The notes below the pieces were generated by a model. That model ran no database searches. It worked only from the letters and a program-made list of their open reading frames with translations, and was not told where the DNA came from. Both the position numbers and the translations under genes were made by a program. Positions 12,285-22,512 of a stretch of 34,524 bases of DNA are shown in pieces. Every line of letters starts with the position of its first letter. The first letter of the stretch is position 1. The DNA lies in contig NC_068988.1 in NCBI RefSeq assembly GCF_001194135.2, positions 22,337,815-22,372,338 of the forward strand, in the 5' to 3' direction. This stretch comes from Octopus bimaculoides. Lineage: Eukaryota.

Positions 12285-12312
12285 TGTGTTTGTATGTATA
12301 CAAACATACACA

Positions 12313-12343
<31 letters not shown>

Positions 12344-12400
12344 GTATATATGAATGGTCACACGTATATATGTATATAATGTATGTGTGTGTGTTTGTGT
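12215..12400. repeat. (TATG)n/(TA)n/(TG)n compound microsatellite
   Basis: Direct inspection. Confidence 0.9.
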
Positions 12401-12653
12401 GTGCATCTACGTAGATAGCTATGTATGTCAGTAATGAATATGTAAGTATTTAAATATGTATGTAAATATGTTTCACCGATTTTATTTTTCTAAATTCTTA
12501 CCAATATACAAAGAGCCGCTTTCTTGTCTAGAAACAATGAGTCATTAGAATCTAAACATCAGTCATGCAAGTACGCTGGCGCATTCATACATTCATGCAT
12601 ACATACATACATACATACATGCAAACACACACACACACACACANNNNNNNNNN

Positions 12654-12696
<43 letters not shown>

Positions 12697-12849
12697 AACA
12701 AGCATACGTACATACATAGATTTAGATGTTGCTTTTGTGGCTGAGAAAAGATGGAAAACTGTAAACCAGACTTGCAGCACTTCCATCATTACTAGAGGTA
12801 GATGAAAGCAAAAATTACGATGTAACTAGACATGTATCAGTAAAAACAT

Positions 12850-13515
12850 ATTATAGGTGAATAAAGAAAATATGAAACTCGGAATTCAATAACCTGCATG
12901 ACCGCAGCCACTTGGCTGAAACACATAAATAAATAAATAAATAGTGACCGACAATGTCTTATTTTTGCAGTGCCAGTACTCATACCAACATTTAGGCTAC
13001 TTGATTGCACCCTTGTTGAGATCCGGGCTATTAATGTGAAAACCTGGTTGATACAAGTAATTTTCACATCAACAGCGATGTAAACCACCTCCACCTAAAA
13101 CAAAAACAAAAGGACAGAGGCTTAACATCGATTCAAACTACCTTTGAACAGCAGGTCATATCCCTTCGGCAATATCTTTTAAACACCAAGTGTCGAAGTG
13201 CATTCCTTGACCAAGTTTGCATACAAGCAGCTCCTTGAACAACATACCCTGTCTTGTAACCTTGAACATATGCCCACAGAATTGGTAAGACCCTACCGTA
13301 ACGTATCATCAGATGAAAGGAGGAATGAATATCAGCAGAAGACCAGGTATGGATATATTAGCAGAAATCTTCAGAACGATAGTAACTTTGATCATCAAAG
13401 CAGTCTATCATGGACCAAGAACCGGATTGCTAACTCTCAAATTGAAGGGTATGCGTTTGCGATCCAGGAATATAAAATGTCAAATACTTGCTGCTTAAAA
13501 AGGATAGAGACGAAG
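12850..13515 (+). mobile_element. Decayed non-LTR retrotransposon fragment, R4/Dong-like, RT C-terminal/thumb region
   Basis: Frameshifted translation: (V)PVLIPTFRLLDCTLVEIRAINVKT, then NFHINSDVNHLHLKQKQKDRGLTSIQTTFEQQVISLRQYLL (13059-13199), then YQQKTRYGYISR...SLSWTKN...IEGYAFAIQE (ORF 13198..13536). Matches the remembered R4/Dong pattern A.PV...G...W...EI...D.KTRK.LT..G.FH..S...RLY..RK.GGRGL...K..HG...S..W...E....AAQEQ. Confidence 0.8.
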
Positions 13516-13559
13516 GAGGAAAACATGGAAGTGTGATAACCGATAACACATGGAAGTGT

Positions 13560-13845
13560 GATTGATATGTTTTGTTCCTGGATTGTAAACGCATACCCTG
13601 TAAAGTGGGAGGTATGCGTTTACAATCCGACTATTGGTCCATGGGATGTACTTCGACACTTTCTGGTTAAAAGATGTTGCCGAAGGTATATGATACGACA
13701 TTCAAAAGCATATTGGATCGATGTTGAGCCTCTGCCGCCTTGTTTCCGTATTTGGTGGAGGCGGTCTACGTCACTGTTTATGTGGAAATTTCCGACTACC
13801 AAAATGTACTCCCAAGTCTTTATACTGATTGATACTATGAATATA
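13560..13845 (-). mobile_element. Second decayed R4/Dong-like LINE fragment, inverted and internally deleted
   Basis: ORF 13620..13802 reads GNFHINSDVDRLHQIRKQGGRGSTSIQYAFECRIIYLRQHLL; 13598-13560 on the minus strand reads GYAFTIQEQNIS. Confidence 0.82.
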
Positions 13846-15036
13846 TTACACTATTGAATATTCAACATATAAATGTCTGCGCATATATTTTCGGTGAAAT
13901 TGCAAAAAGAAAATCCAGTATATGAGTTAGGTCGTAAATTTTGAGAATTTTATATAATTTAATGTATATTAAATCAATTTTGTTATCTTTATCTTTCAGC
14001 TTCTGTCGTTCAATGTTGCGGAAATTATCATGAGAATAATTATTAACACTTATATTTTCTTTGTTTCGTTGTTCGGTATTGCTTATCTCCGCAATCTACT
14101 AAGATCGTGCATAGGACTATTGGTCTGGTCTTGGAAATTTCCTTTGCGAATCGCAGTTCTGGGCAATATTTATTTCTGCACATGTCTAGTGGGCTACCCA
14201 AATGTAAAATCTCATTTCTCCACGTAGCCGATATTGTTCAAGAATAAGTCAAAAGTTGGCTTTTGTTACGTCTCACATGTTGATGTTAGAATGCAACTAG
14301 AGAAACAGATATGAAAGGACGTCTCGTCCGACACACTAGCAATTACGCCAATTCGTTGCCCTGAACTGCCATATGTTTATAGAACTCAAAGCGATGAGGT
14401 ATTCTATTGGACCATCAAAAGAATATCTTTATCTTCCCGTACATACACAGGATAATAAAAATGGAGTTTTCAACATTTGTTTTTAGTGTTTAATTAACGC
14501 GCACAACGTCTTTTACAAAGCTTTGTTCGCTGTGTGTGGATGGGATGAAAAATCTCACTCATGGACTATCCTCAAATCAGAAGACAGTTCCAAAAGTTTG
14601 TAGCATGACCGATTACTCAAAAGTCACCTAAGAATCGCGAGCACACTGTAACGGGAGCTCTTTTATTTAACTGTACCACATAATTTTGAGTTCATCACTA
14701 AAAATAACGATGTTTCTGTCAATGAAAGAGCCGTAAACACAAACCTATGTGGCTGTCTTGGAGGTGCATAGTAAGATGAAACCCTACACGCAAAGTGTAT
14801 TTACGGGTTCAAGGATTTAAAACGTATTTCGGGTTAATAAGTAAAACCTACCAATAGGCTTCCACATAGAATCCGTTTACTTTCGGTTTTTTTTAAATAT
14901 TCAGAATCTTTGTCACTCAAGGCCAACGCAATGGTATATATCTTGGAATGACTAATTGCAATGACAACCTGTGTCATATAAACGGCGATAAGTACTGATT
15001 TCAACGTAACACTGGAATGGAGTATATATTTGGTAC

Positions 15037-15261
15037 ATATTTATTTCTTTATTGTCCACATAGAGAGGACAAACAAGGACAGACAAGGGAATTAAGTCGA
15101 TTACATCGACCTCAGGGATTAACTGGTACTTATTTAATCGACTCCGAAAGGATGAAAGACAAAGTCGATCTCGGCGGAATTTTAACTCAGAACGTAACGG
15201 CAGACCAAATACCGCTAGGCATTTCGCCCGGCGTGCTAACGTTTCTGCCAGCTCGCCGCCT
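15037..15261 (-). mobile_element. SINE-A full length, type-2 tail, perfect 12-bp target-site duplication
   Basis: TATATTTGGTAC at 15025-15036 and 15262-15273 flanks a complete, well-preserved copy. Confidence 0.96.
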
Positions 15262-15426
15262 TATATTTGGTACGTATTGGCTGAAATCGGATTCGGAAAA
15301 ATGCTAGATTAGAATGTAGCGGGGAAATTGTCCTGGACGAATTTCTCTTTCTATGTCTTTAGATATGTTGATATATTCTGTGTCAGGCTAGGCTCAACAT
15401 AACGGAAGTATAATCACTGGTAGTCA

Positions 15427-15600
15427 NNNNNNNNNNNNNNNNNNNNNNNNNNNNNNNNNNNNNNNNNNNNNNNNNNNNNNNNNNNNNNNNNNNNNNNNNN
15501 NNNNNNNNNNNNNNNNNNNNNNNNNNNNNNNNNNNNNNNNNNNNNNNNNNNNNNNNNNNNNNNNNNNNNNNNNNNNNNNNNNNNNNNNNNNNNNNNNNNN
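15427..15600. other. Assembly gap (174 N)
   Basis: N-run. Confidence 1.
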
Positions 15601-15624
15601 ACAACCAAACAAATAAACAGATAA

Positions 15625-15656
15625 ATAGATAGATAGATAGATAGATAGACAGACAT

Positions 15657-15712
<56 letters not shown>
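15625..15712. repeat. (GATA)n tetranucleotide microsatellite
   Basis: Direct inspection. Confidence 0.96.
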
Positions 15713-16244
15713 CTATATGAATTTAGTCTCCCTGTTTTGGGAATATTTAGAAAAAATGATAATTAATTCCTCCCTAATTAAAGTATGCACTGCTTTATGT
15801 CCCGTTCTGTTTAGTTTCTACCAAACCGTATAATTATCTAAATATCCTTCCAACGCTATCATCGTTTATATGGGCAGGAGAGGTCTACAAAATTTTTATG
15901 AAATATTAAATTAAAACGGACACCAGTCGGTTCGATCCTTCATGCACCCTGCCGAATAAGTTCTTGGTGGGCCTAATAAGAAGACTAAATCAATTATGTG
16001 AGCCAGAGTACTGAATAATTCATAAACGATATTGCATTTGTCCCTAATAAACAATATGCTATACGAATGTGTTCCGAGAGAGTTTGACGTCCACACATGC
16101 TTTCTTGTGAGCAGAATAACAAAGAATAACGAATTTTGTCCAGTGACATTTCAAACAAGAGAAGCTAGTCGTGTTTATGTCAGACTTGTAGTTTATTACC
16201 GAGTTTTATTATATCGCTGCCTTAGAGATATAAAGATATGAAGC

Positions 16245-16399
16245 GATGTGTTTGTATGTATGTATGTGTGTATGTATGTGTGTATGTATGTGTGTGTGCG
16301 TGTGTGTGCATGCGTGTATATGTGTGTACGTATGTGTGTATATATATATATATATATATGAATATATCTGTGGATATAGATGTGTGTTAGTGTATATAC

Positions 16400-16440
<41 letters not shown>

Positions 16441-16459
16441 AGAGAGAGAGAGAGAGAGT

Positions 16460-16491
<32 letters not shown>

Positions 16492-16660
16492 TAGGTAGAT
16501 AAGTAGATCGATAGATGGATAGTTATAAATATATATATTCATAAGCAAGCATAACATGTATGTGTAATAAGTGTGTGTGCATATCTACGGGTATGTATTG
16601 ACATACATAGGCACATACACGTATATATGTATATATATATATATATATATACATATACAC
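16245..16660. repeat. (TG)/(TA)/(GA) compound microsatellite block
   Basis: Direct inspection. Confidence 0.9.
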
Positions 16661-16959
16661 ACGCACGATATCCTATGAGATATGGGGACAATCTCTTAAT
16701 AGCTATTCGCTTGATTCATTTTGTAATTTTCCTCGATTTTTCTATACAAATATGTAAAGCATTTTATATTTCTACCTCCCTGGATATCGGAATATAATAA
16801 TGAAGGCAATGAAACAAAAGAAAATGTCCTGCATGCAAAACATGGGCTGGAAATGTCGCGAGATATCCCAACATATTCCATTAATATCTTTGATAAATTA
16901 CATCATTTTTACATAGAAAAAAATATAAACAAATTGAAACCAGAATGTGAGTATGAGCC

Positions 16960-17198
16960 TACATACATACACACAAATATATATACAACATACACACACA
17001 CGCACACACACATATATTTGTATGTGTATGTGTGTGAGGCTGTATGTGAGTGTGTGTATTTATATCTACATCCGTATAAGTAGATAGCTACACACATCTA
17101 TATCTCTAAACATGTGTGTGTACGTGTATGTGTGTGTGTGTGTATGAAGTATACATGCATATATATATATTAAAATATCTACACACACATACACACAC

Positions 17199-17291
<93 letters not shown>

Positions 17292-17480
17292 TATGCATAC
17301 AAATGCACCTATATACACGTCACACATTCATATATTCATATATATTGGCATGGACGCCTTGATATATACACAGCCATACACCTACACATACACACACACA
17401 TACACACACGCACATACACACACGCACATACACACACGCACATACACACACATATATTAATATATTTATGTGTGTATGTA
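16960..17480. repeat. (CA)/(TA)/(TG) compound microsatellite block
   Basis: Direct inspection. Confidence 0.9.
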
Positions 17481-17682
17481 TAAAAAGTATATAGAATTTA
17501 CAAAAGAAAACAAAAAACAAACCTCCAAAATAAAGACAAAACACAACGTTGGATATAATTCATTGTAAACCTCAGATGGGAATAGAAAATTTAGAGTTAT
17601 CAAAGTAGAAGTCATTTTCTGAAGAATGATGGAATGTTTGCGAGATAAAGTTGTTGGCCAATAAAACAGATAAAACGGTGGA

Positions 17683-18065
17683 TGATGGCACATCGTCGTC
17701 AGCATCATCATCATCAACTTCGTCGTCGTCGTCGTCGTCATTATGTTGAACATTTTTCCTATTATTCCTGTTAATTTTCTCATCATTATAATCATCATCG
17801 TCTTCATCATCATCATCATCATCATAATCATCTTTATCATCACCATCAACATCACCATCATCATCATCTTCTTCATCTTCCTCATCATGAACATCACCAC
17901 CAATAACAAAAACAACAACACCCCGCCGCTGCCGCCGCCACTTCTACCACACAAAACCACCACCGCCACTACCACCAACACGACGACCGCCACCACTACT
18001 ACCACCATCGCATCATCACCTCCATCACTACCGCCACCATTATCTCCATCGTTGTTGTTATTTTT
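17683..18065. repeat. Degenerate trinucleotide tract (GTC/ATC/ACC/GCC)
   Basis: Direct inspection; explains ORFs 17466..18092 and 17743..18084. Confidence 0.88.
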
Positions 18066-18522
18066 GCTTATATCATATTGGTAGAGAAACAAGCGTTATA
18101 ACTTACAGTATTTACAGTTTTTATGTTATTTTCAGTTCGAATCCGATCTTAGAGTAACCTGTATATTTCTGTTCTGTGACCTTTCAAATTCGTACTGCAA
18201 AGCTGAAGTAAAGACGTGTAAATTACCCTCTTTAGATAATCTTGCATCAACTGCTTCGTCAGCCTGAGGCATGTGTGCAAGATTTCCTTCCATTCAGCGA
18301 GCTAACAGTCTGTTGTAATTGAACCCTAACGTGCCCTGTACCCATTTTTAGAGGAGCAACATGCAATAATTGATTGCTTTGCTCTACTTGGGAATTGAAA
18401 CCACGATTATCGAATGTAAGGTCTATTCGAGAAAGCGACACTTTCATCGATAGACCACGTGACTTCACAAAATTTCTTATGCTTTTCTCTAAATAGTTTC
18501 TTCTCCTCCTCATCGACATCAT

Positions 18523-18711
18523 ATAGAGCATAAGAGCGGTGAGCTGGCAGAATCGCTAGCACGCCGCGCAAAACGTCTTAAATTTCTGGGTTCAAATTTC
18601 ATTATTTCGGTGGTCAATAAAATAATACCAGTTAAGCACTGGGTCAACATAATCGACTTGCTTCCTCACCGATCTTACTGGTCTTGTTCCAAAATTTCAA
18701 ACTGATATGAC
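18523..18711 (+). mobile_element. Internally deleted SINE-A, tandem unit 1
   Basis: GCGGTGAGCTGGCAGAATCGCTAGCACGCC head, shortened body GTCTTAAATTTCTGGGTTCAAATTTCAT, tail CTTGTTCCAAAATTTCAAAC. Confidence 0.85.
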
Positions 18712-18865
18712 ATAAAGCATAAGAGTGGTGAGCTGGCAGAATCGTTAGCACACCGGGCAAAATGTCTTAAATTTCTGGGTGTAAATTTCATAGGGTCAAT
18801 GTAAACGACTTTCACCCTCCCCGGTCTTGCTGGCCTTGTGCCAAAATTTGAAACTTATATGATAT
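18712..18865 (+). mobile_element. Internally deleted SINE-A, tandem unit 2
   Basis: Same leader, head and shortened body as unit 1 (offset 189 bp), with an extra internal deletion. Confidence 0.85.
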
Positions 18866-18897
18866 ATACCGTTATTATTAGGACGATTTTGTCCTAG

Positions 18898-18992
18898 AGC
18901 GATTGATTGGTCGAATCCTTTCTGCGTTGGATGAAATGCATTGTCGTATTTGTTCCGGCACTTTATGTACTGAGTTCAACTTTGTTTTACAG
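18898..18992 (+). mobile_element. Very diverged SINE-A head remnant
   Basis: GGTCGAATCCTTTC...GAAATGCATTGTCGTATTTG...TTTATGTACTGAGTTCAACTTTG resembles the SINE-A head. Confidence 0.4.
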
Positions 18993-19737
18993 CACTTTGA
19001 AGGAAGATAGAAGAAACAACTAACCAAATAGTAAGATCAAAATAATCGATTAGCCATCTCTCCTCTAACTGTATGCCTAAATTAGAAACAATTATTAAGA
19101 AGGTCACTGTAAAAGCAGGATCGCTAAATCGAACAACAAAATATCTTGGGATTTCGTTTATGTCGTTTCTAACTTCTTAGTTCAATCATATTACAGCCGA
19201 TAAAATAAGTGCATTTGAACATACTGAAAGGTAAAGCGACAGCGTGAAATCGAGCTTGGGATTAACTCTTTGAACTCGTAATTAGGTGTAAGCAGGCGTG
19301 ATTTCTTTTGACTTACTCCTAGGAGAGGGAAAAGCCAGTGAACATATATAGTTTTGTGCTTTACAGCTCGCTAATTAGCAGTAACAACGCTGTTTGCAGT
19401 CGTAAATACAAACTTCGTGGCTGCTCGCTTTTATGTCTTTCAAATGCGATTGCACTTAGTAAAGGAATAAGTAGAAAGGTAAAAGACAAAATAATTATTA
19501 ACGTCTTATATTCCACCACATCTTCAGGGGTGTGATGGTGGATATAGTGTTTCAACTGGCGTTGTTGCGTTTGAGAGCTGAGTATATGTTGCATCTGTTT
19601 TATTAATATTCCTTAGCTGATATGTTACATTCTCTATGGAAAGTACTTCTTAACTAAACGTATTTCTTCTTGCCCATAGATTAGCGATTTGGATTCGTAA
19701 ACTATCCTTCTTATGAGTAGCGGAATATTTGTGGATT

Positions 19738-19860
19738 TTTAGAATAGTTAGAGCGTCGGACAAAATGTTGTGGCGTATTTACTTAAGGGTTTTAACGTTC
19801 CAGGTATCAAACTCCATGGAGATTAACTAAAATGCAATACCAATAAAGTACTAAGATCAC
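19738..19860 (+). mobile_element. Very diverged SINE-A remnant
   Basis: AGAATAGTTAGAGCGTCGGACAAAATGTTGTGGCGTATTT...AACGTTCCAGGTATCAAACTCC. Confidence 0.4.
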
Positions 19861-20040
19861 AGTATTAGACTCTTCCTTTCTCCGAAACTTGGGGTTTGGT
19901 GTTTAAGCTATACGTTATTATTATAAGTACGGAAAGAGATGCCCAGCGGTATATTGTTATATGCTTGAATGTCGTGATTTAAAGTGTCGTCGAGGGAACT
20001 GGCGAGCTTGGGAATTCCACTTGACTACCGATATCTATAC

Positions 20041-20099
20041 GGAATCGAACTCGGAATCTTGGGGTTAGTAGCCCGCGCTCTTAACCACTACGCCATATG
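20041..20099 (-). mobile_element. tRNA-derived repeat head (not a tRNA gene)
   Basis: Minus strand CATATGGCGTAGTGGTTAAGAGCGCGGGCTACTAACCCCAAGATTCCGAGTTCGATTCC has clean A and B boxes, but T-stem and acceptor stem do not pair. Confidence 0.7.
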
Positions 20100-20424
20100 T
20101 AAATAACGTAAATAATGTACATAATTCCTCATCTCTTAAATATAGAACTGTATTATGCATTTACTTGTCGGACTGGATGGCGCATATGTCCTTTCAGCAA
20201 GACACTTGGTTTTACATTGCCTCAGTCTATTGAGCACTTATTGTCTTTTAAAATATAAAGGGCATTAATATAGATTGTAAGAGATTATGGTGGATCTGCA
20301 TTCCATTTCATTTAAGACAAATAATATTGATCTCTAGCATAGGAACGATGTCAATTTTATGGTGACAAGACAGTCGGATTTTACAATCCCAGTACGTGCC
20401 TAGTAGATGTTAAAGCGATACAGA

Positions 20425-20874
20425 CGAGGTGGCTATGTGGTAAGAAGGTTGCTTCCCAACCACATGGTTCCGGGTTCAACCCCACCTCATGTTGCCTTGG
20501 ACAAGCGTCTTCTACTATAGTCTATGGGCGACCAAAACCTCGTGAGTGGATTTGGTAGACGGAAATTGAAAGCAGTCCGGTGTATATATATGTACCTATA
20601 TGTGTGTGTATGTGTGTTCGTGGGTGTGGATGTGTGTGAGTGTGTGCAGTCGCGTGTGTCTTTGTGTAAGCGTTTGCCCAATCCCCCACCACTTGACAAT
20701 CAGTAGTTGTGTGTTTACATCCCCGTATCATAACGGTTCAGCCAAATTAACCGATACAGTAAGAAGCTGTTTTGAGAAAATAAATACTGGGTGTCGATTC
20801 CTCCGACTGAAAATTCTTTAAGGCGGTGACCCAGCATGGCCGCAGTCTAATGTGTGAAACAAAGAAAAGATAAA
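20425..20874 (+). mobile_element. SINE-C, full length, diverged
   Basis: tRNA-like head (GGCTATGTGGTAAGAAG...GGGTTCAACCC), CCTTGGACAAGCGTCTTCTACTATAG, GTAGACGGAAATTGAAAG, internal (TA)/(TG), CCAGCATGGCCGCAGTC, A-rich tail. Confidence 0.9.
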
Positions 20875-20945
20875 TGATATGAATGCCACAAAACACTTTG
20901 TCTGAGGCTTTACCATGTTTGGCACAGAATTAATTGCAATATCAT

Positions 20946-21142
20946 TCTTTTCTACTTGAGGCACAAGGCTCGAAATTTTGGAGGAGAGGCCAGTCGATTA
21001 GATCGACCCCAGTACATAACTGGTACTAAATTTATCGACTGCGAAAGGATGAAAGGCGAAGTCAACTTCAGCGGAGTTTGAACTCAGAACGTAAAGACAG
21101 ACGAAATACCGCTAAGCACTTCGTCCGGCGTGCTAACATTTC
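20946..21142 (-). mobile_element. SINE-A, type-1 tail, extreme 5' end missing
   Basis: TCTTTTCTACTTGAGGCACAAGG tail through CGGCGTGCTAACATTTC; abuts the next copy. Confidence 0.93.
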
Positions 21143-21349
21143 TTATTTCTTTATTGCCCACAAGGACAGACAAAGTGATTAAGTCGATTACATCGACCCT
21201 AGTGTGTAACTGGTACTTAATTTATCGACCCCTAAAGGATGAAAGGCAAAGTCGACCTCGGCGGAATTTGAACTCAGAACGTAGCGGCAGAGGAAATACC
21301 ACAAAGCATTTCCTCCGGTGTGCTAACGTTTCTGCCAGTTCGCCACCTT
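21143..21349 (-). mobile_element. SINE-A, type-2 tail (shortened), complete head
   Basis: TATTTCTTTATTGCCCACAAGGACAGACAAAG tail through TTCTGCCAGTTCGCCACC. Confidence 0.93.
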
Positions 21350-21549
21350 CAATAACAATAATATTGATTGTTGATATTTTTGTCGAACAAAAACGATAAC
21401 TTACCAAACAGAAGCGGCATATGTCTCCTTCATAACTTATATAAATAGATACTTCTTATTACAGTTGTCCACGCATAGTCGGATATCTACTCATTGCATA
21501 CATCTGTACATACATACAGATACGCATACACAAACACACACATACACAA

Positions 21550-21602
<53 letters not shown>

Positions 21603-22119
21603 ACATATTTTACTGGAGGTTTAAGAAACGCTGTTTTGTTAAAGCCGAGCTGTCTACCCTGTTAGCGGTGACCTCTATTGGTCGTGGCTGCGAACTAAAA
21701 CTGGTGCAATAAGAACAATAAAAGTCAGAATAGAGTTATTCTTGCATGATGACCAAGCAGTCAGGTGGAAACTCCAGCAATATACTGTTGTGGAATACCA
21801 ATGGCGTACAATGAAGACAGTCGTTGGTGTTATATGTGAAAGTGATCTTTGCAACAGCTATTTTCAACATCAGAAAGAAGCAAAATATCAGCAGCAGCAG
21901 TAGAGGCTGCAGAAGCAGGAGGAGGAGGAAGAGGAAGGGAGGCGGTGGTGGAGGAAGAGAGTGAGGGAAAGAGTAACTGTAGAAATACTACAACAGGAAC
22001 AGCATTGAAAAGTCATTGACTTCAAAATACGAAGGTAAATCTATGTTGCTGATTATGTCTGTTTAAGGCGAGATATGAGATACAGATGGCATTCCATCCA
22101 TGGCCAACTCGTCTTTTTT

Positions 22120-22236
22120 AGAACCACATGGGACAATATAATCTCAGCGGTTCTTTCAATTTGTAAAGCGGAAGGGTGTAAATTAAGCTTGATTTGGCTG
22201 CTATTTCTAGCAAGTCAAACGACTGCGTAGAAACTC
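22120..22236. repeat. Dispersed repeat fragment, second copy inverted at ~32030-32100
   Basis: GATTTGGCTGCTATTTCTAGCAAGTCAAACGACTGCGTAG (~22191-22230) versus reverse complement of ~32037-32082, GATTTAGCCGCTGTTTCTAGCAGATCGAATGACTACATAG. Confidence 0.7.
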
Positions 22237-22276
22237 ATTTGTTGTCATGAGAGCAGAAAGTTTCCTTTATTATGTA

Positions 22277-22512
22277 TATAGCCTCTCGACCAAAGCTTTA
22301 TGAGTGGATTTGGTAGACGGAAACTGAAAGAAACCTGTCGTATATATATATATATATATATATATACGACCCCCTTCTTTCATTTGCGGTCTACCGAATC
22401 TACACGAAAAAGTTGATCAGCCCGCGGATATAGTGAAAGACACTTGCACAAGTTACTTCGAAGCGGGACTGAACCCGAACGTATATGATTGGGAAGCAAA
22501 CTTCTTACCACA
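22277..22512. mobile_element. Two SINE-C 5' halves in inverted orientation joined at (TA)n
   Basis: Plus fragment 22277-22340, (TA)n 22341-22366, minus fragment 22367-22512 running out to the tRNA-like head (GGGAAGCAAACTTCTTACCACAC). Confidence 0.85.

Noticed and set aside
12986-13094. Apparent minus-strand exon with strong acceptor (TTTGTTTTTGTTTTAG) and G|GTATGA donor, phase-compatible with an acceptor near 11862
   Set aside because: Lies on the antisense strand of the R4/Dong-like RT fragment; the pyrimidine tract is the complement of its K/Q codons. Exonisation cannot be excluded but has no support.
17466-18092. 208-aa and 113-aa ORFs
   Set aside because: Trinucleotide low-complexity sequence open on both strands.
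20041-20099. Possible tRNA-Ser(ACT) gene
   Set aside because: Acceptor and T stems do not pair and the anticodon stem is only 3 bp; treated as a repeat head.
21643-21903. 86-codon stop-to-stop frame containing CESDLCNS, resembling the Ly6/Quiver C-terminal CxxDxCN motif
   Set aside because: No other conserved cysteines and no GPI-type hydrophobic tail (ends in QQQQ from a CAG repeat); chance match likely.
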